Shown: positions 23,992-36,994 of the stretch, piece after piece | How positions within the stretch are numbered: position 1 is the stretch's first letter | Layout of the letters: every line of letters starts with the position of its first letter | Assembly: GCA_013265495.1 (NCBI GenBank) | Contig: MU057809.1 | Location: 436,001 to 500,000 of the forward strand | Direction of reading: 5' to 3' | Origin: Vicugna vicugna | Lineage: Eukaryota | Length of the DNA stretch: 64,000 bases | Translations under genes and position numbers: made by a program | The notes under the pieces: generated by a model | Seen by the model: only the letters and a program-made list of their open reading frames with translations | Told to the model about the DNA's origin: nothing | The model's database searches: none

Positions 23992-26179
23992 GGCTTAACA
24001 AGCAGAGTCATTGCAGGCAGCAGGGCTGCGGGGAAGTGCTTTTCTCTTTGCGCTTGCCTGGATTTTCTGCAGGTTCTCCTACCAAGAGGATTGCTCTGGT
24101 TCTGTGATGGAGAGGAGGGGTGGGGCTGAGGAATGCTGGGTGGCCACGCGGGGGACGCCACCTCTCGTGGGGTCACTGGCACAGGGATGCCATGCCTGCC
24201 CCCAGAGGGGCCGTCAGGGTGGAGGAGCAGATGTGCCCACAGGGTCTGAGGGTGGACTGGCCCTTGGCAGGAATCACAGGCTGCCCCAAAGGAAGGGCCG
24301 GGTGCCCTGGGGACAGAGGGGCCCCATCCCCGCGAGGCTTCAGGCAAAGGGTCTGGGCTGTTATGAAAGGGTCTCTACAAGGGGGATGGGGCGGTCGGAG
24401 GGCTGTGGGACTCCAGCGGACGAGGGGAATCAGCGGGAGGTGGTTCTGAGCCTGCTCTGCCCAGGTGTTACCTGCACCCACTCATTCAAGCCTCAGGAAC
24501 GCCGAGAAAAACAAGCTTGTTTTCCAAGGAGGAAATGGAGCCTCGGAGCCATCAAGTCACTTGGCCAGAACCACGTGGCTGGGAAGTGGGTGAGCAGCAC
24601 AGGAATGGCTCTCCTAGGATCGTGCAGTGTACAACTTACACCACCGTCCAGGGCCTGCATCAGGGCTCAAACCCAGGTCAACCCGCGCTGGGAGTCTGGG
24701 CTTTCCCGTGTGGCCCCAGGCCCTGTGCCAGAACCACAGAAATGAGAAGAGATTGTCCTAGCCATCAGGGGAGCTCAGAACCTCAGGGGAGAGAGGAGGA
24801 CATGGAAAGACGACGAGAAGGTGGTAACATGGTGGCGGTGGTGACAAAGGCGCTGATGCCCCTGGTGGTGGAGGCGACGGTGGCTGCAGGGGCTAGAATG
24901 GATTCAGTGCTCTCGGTGCACCGGGTACTGGGCACCAGGCAAGTCTTTCAGATGAAGTATCTGGGCAGCGACACTCTCCTGCCTGTTTGGTCTCTCAGCC
25001 AATAAAGGGCAGGGCTGATACCGTAACCTAAGTCCACGTGGTTCCGGCCCCTGGGCTAGGGAGGCCCGAGGGAGGCTGGGCGACAGGCGCCAGGCCCGGG
25101 GTATGCAGCAGGGCTGATCCATGAGGCGGGGGACTCAGGTGCGGCCCCCCCGGAGGGCGACGCCAGGCCAGCAATGAGGGGACAGACAGCCCTGGGGCAG
25201 AAAGCCTCAGGGGGCCAGGTGCCTGCAGCTGGGAAGCGGGGGCCCATGTTCCGTGTTCCATTTTTGCAGATTGTGGAGTCCTGGACCGGGGCGGCCGTAA
25301 CCGTCATGTCCCCTGTTTTCTGTCTTTTCTGATGCTCTGTCATCCTGGGGCCTTGCAGTCCAGGAAGAAACTGCCCCCCAGGGTTAGCTCACCTTAGAGA
25401 TGGTAGGTGCTCCCCCGTGGGCCCACCTGCCAAATGCAAACCAGCCAGTGCAGAACCCACGCCCCACCCTCCTCTCAGGGTCATACACCCCCAAGCCGCT
25501 ATTTCCCTGCCCGGCGTCACCTAGGCCAGGAAGCAGACAGCTGGAGACCCCTAGAGCCCAGAGCCCACCCAGATTCTTCCGTCTGTCCAGCTCTAAGCCA
25601 GCTCCACGGCTGACCCTACCACTCCCGTCCCTTCCCGAGAAAATCACAGTCGAGGCTCTGGGTGCGTCCCCCCTCCACCATGTCCCCTCTGCCTCCTGCC
25701 CTCCCGCCGTGTGGCCCTGCGTGCTGTGCCCCCTCCTCTGGGGAATTAGAAAAGTGCCACTCCCCTTCCAAGGCCGTGGTCTCCTCATCTGTCACCTTCC
25801 ATCCCTGGCACCCATTTTCAGACAGGAAGGGCGGGCCCAGGTCACACGGCAAATCGGGGTTCTGACGCCAGCCTGTGGTCCAGCTCTTCACGGGGGTGAG
25901 CAGAAGTGAGCGAGAGGGGCCTGCTGTGGTCCTGCCAGCGGGGCGAGGGGAGCAGTAGCCAGAGCTGGGCAGTGAGGCGGGGGGCCCCCCGCCCCAGTTG
26001 GCAGAGCCCCTGGCAGCGGCCACCTCACCCCTGTGCCGGCTGGCGCGGTGTCTGGCCTCAGCCCAGCTCCCCATCATCCAGCCCCGGTGCGCCCCGTCCG
26101 CTGGGCCGTCTCCCTGAAGCGTCGGCCCCCGAGCGCACGGCCATGGCCAGCCCGGCCAGCCCGACGCTGAAGCGTCCCT

Positions 26180-26300
26180 CCCGTAATTGGCAATTTTGTC
26201 ATATTTATTCACAACAGATCGGATTGTCAGGAGCTCGCCGGGCTCTCCGGAGGCCTGCCGTGAAATCGGTTTGAAATGGCGTGTCAGGTTTTTCTCTCCC
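26180..26300. promoter_or_regulatory. Small enhancer-like element
   Basis: CGTAATTGGCAATTTTGTCATATTTATTCAC, TTGTCAG and GTGTCAGG (HOX/MEIS-like). Confidence 0.45.
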
Positions 26301-26711
26301 CACTGAAGCGACCATCTGGCTGACGGGCCGGCGGCTGGGCTGAGACGCTGACCCGGGGAATCGCAGCTAAGCCACTCCCGGGGGCCCACACGCCCCTAGT
26401 GGGCTGCGGGGGAGGTGGGCGGGGCAGGGGACAGGAGGCGGGCACCACTCTGGCCATCCATCCTCAGCCAGGGTTGGCGCCTTCCCAACAGCCCTGGCCC
26501 CCGAGGCAGGCAGAGGGCATAGGGCTGTCCCAGAGAGGGACACCCTGCCCCCCCCGGTCCTCAGCCTGGGAGCTGGGCTCCTCTGGGCACAGGTGTGCGT
26601 GGCTCTGAGCACGTGCACGCACACATGCACACACATGACTCATGTGACCTGCTGTGCCTGTGTGTCCAAGCCCTGCAGACCAATGCCTGACGGCAGGGGC
26701 TGCCGGAGACA

Positions 26712-26900
26712 CCAGCTGCTGTAAAAAAACATCCCCCGAATCTCAGCGGCCGAGTGGAACCGAAGGGTGAGTTCTTGGTCACATCCCAGTTCTGTCCCAG
26801 TTCTGTCTGAGTTCTGTCCGAGTTGACTGGGGCTCTGCTCCGGCTGCCTTGCACGCCCTCAGGGTCCTTCCTTCCGGTGGGCAGCCCGGCCACCGCGGGT
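26712..26900 (-). mobile_element. MLT1 (ERVL-MaLR LTR) fragment
   Basis: GCTGCTGTAAAAAAACATCCCCCGAATCTCAGCGGC...TTCTTGGTCACAT resembles the reverse end of an MLT1J/K LTR. Confidence 0.45.
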
Positions 26901-27079
26901 GTGGTGTGGTAGCACCTGGGGCACTCCGCTGGGAGGCGGGGGAGGAGAGGACAGGCCCCACCAGACGCAAGGGGGGCTGCAAGGAGCTGTTTCTCCGGAG
27001 CCTGGAGAAGAGGGTTGGGAGCCCGCTAAGCAGACCCTCAAAAAGCAGGGGCACCAGAACTTTTTTTGGAAGAAATGTT

Positions 27080-27805
27080 ATCTCAGAAATCAAACGGGCT
27101 GCTTCGCACCTATCGGGCCGGCTTCTGTGTATCTCCAGAAAATACAGACATTGACAAGGATGTGGAGAAACTGGACCCTGTGTGGCTGTTGGTGGGAATG
27201 TAAGCTGGTACAACCAGGGTGGAAGACAGTGCAGAGATGCTGCAAAAAATTAAAAACAGAACTGCCATATGACCCAGAAATCCCTGGGTTTGCCCCCCAG
27301 AAGAACTGGAAGCTGGGACTCAAAGAGACTCCCGTGCAGACCCATCACAGCAGTGCTTCGCACAACCACCAGAAAGGGCGGGGCTACCCGGGTGTCCATG
27401 GGCGGATGAACAAAGTGCGGTCCTTCCACACAGTGGGATGTGATTCAGCCAGAAAAAGGAAGGAGACTGACGCCTACTGCACCGTGGATGGACCTCGAGG
27501 ACACGCTGCTCAGGGACATAAGCCAGGCACAGAGGACAGGCACTATGTGACTCCACTTCTGTGAGTCCCTGGAGGATTCGGATTCACAGACACAGACAGC
27601 AGGGGGCGGGGCCGGGGGCTGGGGAGGGGAGCAGTCAGTGTTTTGGGGACAGAAGCGAAGTCTGGGGAGGCGAGAACATTCTGGAGACGGCGGTGGGAAT
27701 GTTTGCACAACAAGGTGGATGTGTTTAGCACCCCTGAGCTGTTTGCTAAAAATGGTTACGGTGGTAAATTCTATGTCATATGTATTTTACCACAATAAAG
27801 AAATC
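27080..27805 (+). mobile_element. L1MB-like 3' end (ORF2 C-terminal remnant, 3' UTR and polyA signal)
   Basis: CAAGGATGTGGAGAAACTGGA...TGGTGGGAATGTAA...CCATATGACCCAG (translates ..[13 protein letters not shown]); ends TATTTTACCACAATAAAG. Confidence 0.9.
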
Positions 27806-29054
27806 AAACAGAAGCAGCACCGAGGCGGAGATGGGTGTGGCTGGTTTCTGGGGAAGGGCGGGCCAGTGCCCGTTTGATGCCCTGGGCTCTGGGCGCCCTG
27901 CTCTCTCTGCAGGGAAGGGGCTGAGTGCACCTGCTGCCCACGGCCACGCCAGGGCCCTCAGTGACCAGCAGGCCCTCGGGTCTGCTGGGCTGGGGACGCC
28001 TGGCCCTGGGGCTGGAGCCACACACTGGGCCAGGACCTGGGGACAGGGACAGGCCAGAGCAGGGGTGGCCTGCTGGGGATACCTGGGTATTTCTAATGCT
28101 GACGGCCACATCAGGAAATCCTGTTAAGCAGCAGTGGCGAGAAATTGATTGGTTTTGGAGCAAAGACCAAAAGCCAGGAGCTCAGGGGGCTGTGGGAATG
28201 GCAGGTGGACGGTCTAGCTGGCCTGCCCGTCCCGTCTGTCTGTCTGTCTGTCTGTCCTCTGGAGGAGCTGGGGTCAGGGGAGGGTCTAGGCGTTCCTGTC
28301 CTGCCCCCAGGGCCACCTGCTGGGTGTCCAGGGCTCACACTGGGTGCAGAGGCCTGTCTGAAGGTCTGGGGTCTGTCTCGGACCCCTGTGTTGGGGTGGC
28401 GGCTCCTCCCTCCCCTGGGAGGCTGGCCCGGAGCCCCTCCAGCCCCCAGCCAGCTGTTGTCTCCTCCCTGGGCCAGAGCTGGACTGCTGCCCAGCGCTGA
28501 GCTGCCTGGGGCGTCTCCCCTCACCCAGCCTGCACGCTCCCCGGAGAAGGACGTCATCGTGCACACCTGGCCTCCAGCCTCAGCATCGCTGCTCACAGGC
28601 CGGTGACCCCGGGCAGCTCGCTGACCCCGGGCAGCTCGGTTCCTGTCTCCGCAGATGGGGAAGAGAGCGCAGGCCCCGGGTGGAGACCACACCCTCCCCC
28701 CAGCCAGTCCTGGAGCAAACCAGATGTCTGCTCTGACGTCTCGGGGACGGACAAGGAGCCCCCACACTGCCCGGGGAGGGCCTGGCCAGCGCGTCTGTGA
28801 GCTGTGCTGCGGGAGACCCTGGCGAGAGCCCAGGGCCCGAGGAGAAGCCCCCACCCCGACCCCCGGTCGTCGTGCCAAGTGGGTGTTTGCACGTGCCGCC
28901 CGCCGAGCCAGGTTTGCTATTTTCCCAAGGACTAGACTCGGCCCAGCTCATTACACGCTGCGGCCTCCACTGAGCCTCGCCCGGCACCCAGCCTGCGGGC
29001 CCGGGGGGGTGAGCGGAGGTTGGGGGGCTGACCACACACGGGTCACTCTCAGGC

Positions 29055-29356
29055 CTGCCCTGTCTAAAGTGGGGGCTGCCGGCCGCTGAGCGCAGCAATG
29101 CTGCGTGTGAGCTGGGACGCGCGGACCGTGCGGGAGACAGTGGTTCCGCAGACAGGGCAGGGAAAGGACGCGGAAGGCCCCACAGCAGCCCTGCTCGTGC
29201 GCATCACGCGTGGAGACGGCAACACTTGGGAGCTTTCGGGCTACGGTAAATATTGTTCAGGTTAATTTCACCTGCTTCTTTTGGCTTTTTTCACTAAGGC
29301 TTCTAGAAAATTCCCAATTTCTGTGTGGCTTGTGCTATATTTCTTGGGACAGTGCC
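29055..29356 (-). mobile_element. MER33-like DNA transposon, strongly GC-shifted in its left half
   Basis: TTAATTTCACCTG.TTCTTTT...GGCTTCTAGAAAATT...TGTGTGGCTTG...GGACAGTGC. Confidence 0.65.
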
Positions 29357-29524
29357 GCTACGGGTAACGTTACCATGTCTGCTTTCAATGATCTAAACCA
29401 GGGCAGGACTGCAGGACGGACAGGTGGGTAGGACTGTGTGGGATGCCAGGGGTGGGGGCTGCCCCGGCCGGGAACGCCAGGCTGGAGCTTGGTCCTGTGA
29501 GAGGCGGAGGCGAACTCCCTCCCC

Positions 29525-29910
29525 TTGAATCTGGTGGCCAGTAGATGTGATAGACAATCATTTACGGTGTCTCCCTATTTTGTGGGTCAGGGATTCAGGC
29601 AGGGCTCAGCCAGCAGGCTCTCCTGTTTCACGGGTCACCATCCGAGGTCACTCGGCAGTTCTCAGCTGCCCAGGATGGGGCTGGTCCAGGCGGTGCCCTG
29701 GTGGGGCAGCCGGAAGGCTGGACTCAGATGGGACGTGGAGCTGCGTTCCCACCCGCGGCCCCCCCAGCACGGCGGCCCCGGGAGGAACCACATTTCTTCC
29801 GCGGCAGCTCAGGCTCCCAGAGAGAGGGTCCTGAGAGGAAGAAGCTGTCAGCCTTCTCATGACCCAGCCTCTGGGGTCCAGCTCTCACTTCCGTCCATGG
29901 TCATCCAGTA
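29525..29910 (-). mobile_element. MLT1F/G/H-like LTR fragment
   Basis: ACAATCATTTA..TCTC..TTTTGTGGGTCAGGGATTCAGGCAGGGCTCAGC...GAAGCTGTCAGCCTTCTCATGACCCAGCCTC. Confidence 0.65.
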
Positions 29911-30159
29911 TACAACACGACCACACAGGTATCTCATTCAGAATGTTCTAGGAGCCATGGTGGAAAAGTCAAGAGCAGGTGAAACTGATCACATAATTGT
30001 GTCACAGAATGTGATTTATGGGTGACCCAGATGGTGTCCTGAAGACGGGCCTGGGAGCCGCCCAGTCTGAGTGGGCAGCCCACCAGCACACGCCCAGACA
30101 CAAGTCCGGGGCTCTGCAGGGGGCCGCGGTGGGGGCCGCGGTTCATGCGAGCCGTCCCA

Positions 30160-30495
30160 GGGCACGTGTGTGTGTCTGCCATGTGGGTTTCCACACACCT
30201 GTGGTCTGTGTCCATGCCCACACTGTGGGGGAGCTGAGGGTCTTGGGGTACACGGAGGGTGCCTGAGAGAGGGTGAAAGCTCGAGTACACGTGCTTGTGT
30301 GCATTGGCCCATGTGTTCGCATGTCTGGGGCTGCAAGTTCACATGTGGGCCTGGGCGTGGAGTGCACCTCTGGGTGTGTGCATGCATGTTCATGTACATG
30401 TGTGGCCCCCAGGTAATTCCCAGGGTGGGAGGTGTTCAGTTTGTGTCTGAGCACATGTGTGTCTATACATGTGACACGTGTGCACACGTGCAGTG
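30160..30495. repeat. Degenerate (TG/CA) purine-pyrimidine alternating tract
   Basis: Many TGTG/CACA/CATG blocks; perfect palindrome CACGTGTGCACACGTG at 30475-30490. Confidence 0.7.
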
Positions 30496-33049
30496 ATGCT
30501 GGGCGGGGGGAGTGAGAGCTAGAGATCCCACAGAGTCACTACATTCCAGTCCCAAAAGACACTGATCCCCAGGCCCCGCCCTCCTGGGGGACACTGGGGC
30601 CTCTGCCCCTCCCGACAGCCCGGCCTCGCAAGGCCTCTGCCAGCACTGAGGATGGGGGAGGCAGGCAGATCCTGCGGCGGGGGCTGCAGTCCTGGGTTCT
30701 CCAGAAGTTTCAGTTCTCCTGACCTCGAGGCAGGACTTGCTCAGGGCTGGGGGGGTCAGTGGGCCCTGAAGTGTGACCCGTCCAGGGTGCACAGCATCCC
30801 TCAACCCCTCAAGGGACCTTGTGATGAACCCATCTACTGTCCCCAAGCTCCAGGGCTTGGGGGGCCCAGAACATGACCCTGTGGCACCTAGAGCCCCCTA
30901 CACTGTGGGGTGCCACCCCCCCTGCTTCTAGAAATTGGACAGCGAGGTGTGGAAGGACTCTTCCCATGACGTGGCTGCTGGGAGAGGGCAGGCTGCTGGG
31001 AGAGGGCAGGCTGGGGTCTCTTGGTGGTTCCAGAGGGGCCCATCACCCAAGGCCCTGCCTGCTGGGCTCAGCCCCCCGAGGTCCAAGCCAGGGAGAGCAG
31101 GAGGCGCCTGAGAGGCCCAGAGAGGTTGGAAGACTCATCCAAGGATGCACAGCAAGGGGAGGCCTGCCTCCCCAGGTTCCTGAGCAGCCCGACACTCCCC
31201 CATGCCCACTCCCACCGGCAGCATGGTCCCCTGTTGGCACCAGAGGAAAGGCTTGTGCCCAAGGCGGAGCCCAGGTGTCCACGCTGGCCACTGAGGAGAG
31301 GCTGGGCAGCCAGGTGCGTCTCCCAGCCTTCTGTAAATCGGGGGCATGGTCCAGCCTTGTCTGCTAGGGCTGGCCTGGGGGCTGCGAGGCTGCCTCCCAC
31401 TGGGCCCGAGCCTCAGGGAGTCTCCGCTCTCCCTCGGCCCTGTGCCGGGGGGACCATTGATCCTCAAGGCGGGGTGCCGTCCATGCAGGCGGGCAGACTG
31501 TCCCCCATCGACCAGCCGCGCTGTCTGCTGGCTCCCTCTGCGCTGCCTAACAAGCTGATCCGATGGTGCTGCGGGCCTAATTGGCAGGACCGGCACGTGT
31601 GTGTCTGTCTGGGAGCCCGGCTGCCGCGGCCACCCCAGCTCGAGGCGGGCAGCAGTGCTGGGCCGCCGCGCCTGCGCCCTGCCCCTCAGGCTGCCGGCTG
31701 AGGCTACCTGGTATCTGGGAGAAACGCCCAAAGGAAGGGATGTCAGCGGAGAGAAGGGGCCACTAATGAGGCGCCTGAAGGACGGGTTGGTCCCCCACCC
31801 CACAAGCCCAGAGGCAGCCTGGAGCCATCCCCCAGTGGGGGGCAGTGTGGGGGAGGCGAGGGCCTCGGGCACAGGAGGGCAAAGGAGGACCCGGGGTTAC
31901 TTGGCACGAGGAAGGAAGACGGGGGCAGATGCAGCTGCAGGTGCAAGAAGGTGCACTGGCCTTGTCAGCTCCGGTGTCCTGCCCCAGTGGCGATGAAGCC
32001 CCACCTGCTTCCCTCGGGGAGCTGCTGTGGACTTGGGTAAATGAGGGACAGTGAACTACAGCTGCCTGAAAGGTAGTGATCCACCCGTCAGTGGGGGTGT
32101 GCAAGCCAGAGGCCTGAGAGAGGATGCCTGCTCTGTGTGAGGCAGAGGGCTCTTCGAGTAGACACAGTGGACCTCAGGAGTGTCCCCTGGGGGTCTGCTC
32201 AGCTGAGCGCAGAGCTAAGGTGGATGCAGGAAACTGGGTCCTTGTCCCCAGAGACCCTTCTAAAGGCATGACCTGAAGCTGGAGGACCAGCTGGGCTCCT
32301 CACCCTGCAGTCAGCTCACCGCCTGCTTGGCTGGGGGCTCCCCATCCCAATCCCCCAACACCCTGGACCCGGCCGTGCCTCCCACAAGGCAGCCCCCACC
32401 CTAGTGCCAGTCCTGGGGGGGACCCTGATGCCCGGAGGCCGGCAGGACCAACCTGGCCCCCCCAGGGCCCCCAGCCTAGCCCTTGCTGCCCTGTCCCCAC
32501 TGCTCCGACCCCACTTCTCCCCGGACGTGTGCCTCATGCCCACAGCCCATCTGGCCCCGGGTCCTCCACGCTGCTCACTCAGGGTGATCCAGGACCTCTG
32601 GCGCAGAAGGAAGGACCAGGCAGCCGCTGGCTGAGGCCTGTCTGCACACTGGGAGGCTCCACCCTGGATGCTCCAAACCTGGACGCTCCGGCTGCACCAT
32701 TCAAAGAGCCCATTGTCCAGGGCTTGGCTGCCGAGATGTCATGATGGCAGTCAGGACCAGCCTTGGTGGGAACACTCCCCAACATGCCCGTCCTACTTCA
32801 CCTCCAATAAATGTGACTGGTGCTACTCTGCTCCCAATTTCTGGAAGAGAAACTGAAGCCCAGAAGGGAGCAGAGAGCCTGGTCTCCCCGCCTGGCTGCG
32901 GAGGACCCACTGGGGTGGCCGTGGAGCCCTGCTGCCATCACCAGGGCGCCAGGAGGCCCGGTTCCCCGACGTTTCTGTGGCCCATAGCTGGCCGGGCACC
33001 CGGGCGCCCACCGGCCCAGACAGGTGTGCGGCTGCCCCACCCACCTTCG

Positions 33050-33380
33050 GCCTGCCGCCCCATAAATCAGCCCGCTAATCTCTCACCGTCCGCCGGCCCC
33101 TCGTGGGGCGTGATGGATGGCTCCCAGCCTCGCCGGCTGCTGCGAAATCACTCAGCGGCCAGACAAGCCCTAAATCTGACGCGCGGAGTGTTGAAAGGAG
33201 GAATGTCTGTTTTCATAACCTACCTCAGTTACAATAAATATTTAAAATGCACATTAACATCCTCTCGCTGCACAATCGGCCTCTGTGGCCCCGGCCGCGC
33301 AGATTTAATTAGCTCCGGGCGTCCCCCGCCGGCCGCGCTCGCCCGTGGACGGAAGGCCCCTGTTTTCTTAAACTCCCGGC
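33050..33380. promoter_or_regulatory. Putative PBX-HOX responsive enhancer
   Basis: CCATAAATCA (reverse TGATTTATGG) at 33060-33069, TGATGGATGG at 33111-33120, TAATCT, CAATAAATATTT, ACAAT and TTAATTAG. Confidence 0.65.
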
Positions 33381-33794
33381 CACTGTAAAGACCGGCCTCA
33401 CCGTGCCCGGGCCGACACAGAGCCTTTTGTCTGGCCTCACGTCCCTCCGCCGGCCCCCAGGGCTGGGCAGGGCCTGTCCCTGGGACTCCTGGCTGCCCGG
33501 CCTGTGGGCTGGCCCTGGCCGGGGCCCCCAGATGCCCCCCAGCCCCAGAGGGGCCAGAAGCACAACCCAAAAATGAAGGCAGGGTTGCACCTCGGTCAGG
33601 AGTAGCGGCCCAGGGGCCATGCCCACCCCAGTGATGGCCCAGCACCAGGCCCACTCGCCTCCCTTCCGCCCTGGACCTCGGCTCCCGGGATGGCCGGACC
33701 CCTCTCCCATTTCAGGGGCGACTTGGAGTCTCACGTCCCCGAGGGCCCGGCACCAGGCCCTGCCAAGCCCCTTCTGGACCATCTCACCAGGTCA

Positions 33795-33885
33795 TAAGGA
33801 CCCTTGAAGTGAGGACAATGTTGCCCATTTTAGAGATGAGGAAACTGAGGCTCAGGGTGAGAAGTGACTTTCTGAGTCACCTGGA
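33795..33885 (-). mobile_element. MIR SINE core
   Basis: CCCATTTTAGAGATGAGGAAACTGAGGCTCAG..GAAGTGACTT. Confidence 0.8.
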
Positions 33886-34683
33886 TTTGCAGGGAGGCCC
33901 AGCTCTCGGAACAGCCCTGCGCTGCCTGCTGGCCCCGCAGTCTCATCCACGCCCCCCTCACTCACCATTCATTCATTCATCCTCATGCTCCTTTCACACC
34001 AGCCCGCACTCCCCACCTCCTTTCCTCCTTGCTGTGTTTAGTACCTACAGGTCTGGCACGGCCCCAGGACAGGGAGCTCTTCAATGGGGCCCCAGCACCC
34101 TCTGTGGCAGCTCACGGAGGCATCTGGGCAGGGGGCAGGCCTGGAAGCAGGAAAGCTGGAGGACTTGGGCTGAGGGCCGGCGTGCTGGAGGCCCAGATGC
34201 CAGGACAAGATGTCCAGAACTGTCTCCTGCAGGCAGGACGGAGATGGAAAGGTGGGGGTGGAGGGGGGATGTCGAGGGGTCAGGGAGGCGTGGAGGAAAG
34301 CCAGGCGTTCCTCCTGGAGGAAGTGGCTGCAGTGAGTTCCTTCTCAATCAGCACTCTGTTCCCTGGCTCCTTGGGAGGCCATTCTATCACCCAGTCCTCA
34401 CTTGGCCTCCAGGAAGGGACTGGTTGAGTTTTCCTAGCTGGGTATGCAGCCCCCTCAGGGCTGGTGTGCGGGGTGGGCACCCAGGAGAGGAGGTATGGAT
34501 CCAAGTGACGGATGTTTGGAGACAGGAGAGGCTGGGGACCCCAGGCTGAGCATGAAATCAAGGCTGGGATCAGGGCTCCTGGCACTCTCAAGAAGGGGAG
34601 GGGGCCCACTCCCCTCAGCCTTACAGGGTTGGGAAAACAGAGGTGCAGGGAGGCCGGGCCCAGGATGCCTGCTGCTGCGTGGC

Positions 34684-35130
34684 TGTTGGGGGCTGAATCA
34701 TATCCCCCAAAAGATACATCAGAACCCTAGTCCTGCTACCTGTGAATGAGGCCTTACTTGGAAAGAAGGTCTTTGCTGATGTAATGAGTTAAGATGGGGC
34801 CACACGGGGGTGGGGAGGGCCCGGGCCAAGGACTGGTGTCCTCGTAAGAAGGGGATTTGGACACAGACACACAGGAGGGGCCGGGTGATGTCGGAGGCAC
34901 AGGTTGGAGGGATGGGGCCATGACGAGGGCCACCCGGAACTGTCGGCCATGCCCAGAGGCTGGACGGGGCAGAAGGGCCCTCCCCTAGAGCCCTGAGGGA
35001 GGGCGCAGCCCTGCTCACACCCGGCTCTCGGACTTCCGGCCCCCAGAGCTGGGGGAGGAGACATTCCTGTTGATTTCACTCGCCCAGTGTGCAGGGCTTT
35101 GCTCTGGCTGGCCACCCAGGACACCGGTGT
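34684..35130 (+). mobile_element. MLT1C/MLT1B-like solo LTR, near full length
   Basis: TGTTGGGGGCTGAAT..CCCCCAAAAGATA...CCTTACTTGGAAA..GGTCTTTGCTGATGTAAT.AGTTAAGATG...CCCTAGAGCC...GGACTTCCGGCCCCCAGAGCTG. Confidence 0.85.
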
Positions 35131-35299
35131 AGTCGGGTCCCTGGTGCTGGTCCCCGTCCTGCCTCTCCTCGCCTCCTGGAGACCCCTTCTCGTCCTAGGG
35201 GAGGGGAGAGTTCCAGAAAATTCTGTTGCAGCCATCCTTGGGAAGCACACCCAGTCTCATGAAGCATCAGCCGACATTTAAGGCCCACAGGGTGAGGCC

Positions 35300-35690
35300 T
35301 GACCCCTGACTTTTGCCCTGCCGGTGTGCCAGCGTCCCTCACTGCCCTGGCCGCCCCACCCTCCCTCCTGCCACAGGGACTTTGCACATGCGTCTACCAC
35401 TGTCTCTTGGTTCACACCCACTCTCCTTCCTTCGGGGCTCTGCCCAAGGTCACCACCTCAGGGAAGCCCTCCCTGACCTCTCTGCCCTACCCCATCCCTT
35501 TCGTCAGCCTTTCTCCAGGCTTCCAGGCTCCTCCTTCAGAGCACAGGCCCATCTGTGGCTCTGCATGATGTCCAAGTTCATTATTCAGCAGAAGTCTCCA
35601 CCCCCCTCCCCCACCCCAGACCACAGGCTCCGGTCCTAAGCGTGGATCCCCGCATTCAGGAGGCGCTCAGTAAACACTTGTTAAGTGAAG
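35300..35690 (+). mobile_element. L2 3' fragment
   Basis: CAGGGACTTTGCACATGC...GTCACCACCTCAGGGAAGCCCTCCCTGACC...AGGCGCTCAGTAAACACTTGTT. Confidence 0.7.
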
Positions 35691-36994
35691 GAGAGCAGAG
35701 CACTGTGCCAGCCAGGGCCCACCAGCGACAGTGCAGGTTACCTTGCGTCTAACGCAGGCAGACGGATGCCAGCCAGATGGACGGGCAGGTGGACAGGTAT
35801 CGCAAGGAATCGGCTGATGTGAGGCCGGGCTGGCAGGCAAGCCTGCAGTCTGCAGGCAGGCCTCCAGGAGGGCAGCCGGAACTCCCCGGCACGAAACCTC
35901 TCTTCTGCTCTAAAGCCTTTAACTGATGAGACCTGGCCCACCAGGGGTCTAGAATAATCTCTTGGCCTGAAAGGCAGCTGCCCGTCCGCGCCAGCCACAT
36001 CTACCAAATGCCTCCCGGCAGCGCCTGGAAAGCCTCTGCGATGGGCCATCACGGCACGTAGCAGGCCTCACCCTCTTCCTCCTGGGTGTCTCCCGCTGGG
36101 ATGGATGCCCACATGAGCCTCCCTGGGGTCTTCCTGGGGGGCAGTTTCCTCTTGAGGGGGCAGTGCTCAGCCTTGGAGTGTCTGGGGTCCAGCTACGACG
36201 GTCCATCCAGCAAGAGAGACGGGCCTGTGGACAAATGAATGAGAAGCTCCCTGAGGAGCGCTGTAGAGGGTCCCACAGAGCAGAGGGCCAGGTCTGCTGG
36301 CGGCCGACACGACTGTGGGTGTGCGTACATGTGTGAGTGGGGGCCTGTGCGTGTGGGCATACGTGTGTTCAGCTTCAAGCAGAACAGCCTGGAAGCAGGG
36401 CAGAAGCTGCCTGCCTCATCCGACCTGGCCCCAGGAGACACAGACATCACTCCTGCATCCCCGGGGGCTCGGAGCCGTCACAAGCCAGCTCGGGTCAAGG
36501 GGAGGGGATTCAGACACCCTCCCTGAGGAACAGCAGAGCAGTGAGGGCCACTCTCATAACCACCAGAGCTGACGTGGCTGGGCAGATTTGCCAGAAAAGT
36601 CCCTCTGGCTGGGAGCCGGGAGTGGAGGCCAGAGGTGGGAGGCCTGTTAGCATTGCTCCTCTGAGCACATCAGAGCAGGTTTTGCAGGGGAGCAAACAGC
36701 AGGCCAGGGAAGGGAGAGGCGCCCTGGGCCAGAGGGCAGGGCTGAGGGCCAGACCAGGAGGCCCCGGCCAGCACGCTGAGGTCCCCGGGCCAGGGCAGGC
36801 CAGAGGGCTTCCCGAGCCGGGGGCGCCGGACAGAGACCGGGAAGGCTGGCGCTGCCCCCGGGGGTCCAGACAGACCCGTGGACAGGCCTGGACTCCTATC
36901 CCGCGGGGGCCGAGGTCCCCGCTGCGTGCGCGGCCCGGGGCCCTGACAGCCGGCTTCCCGCAGGCGCCCGAGCCAGGCTCCCACCCGCTTGTGC

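Noticed and set aside
26899..27564. 221-aa ORF
   Set aside because: Frameshifted L1 ORF2 C-terminus and 3' UTR.
28604..31012. 18-bp tandem doublets (28604-28638 and 30972-31012)
   Set aside because: Ordinary slippage duplications with no further structure.
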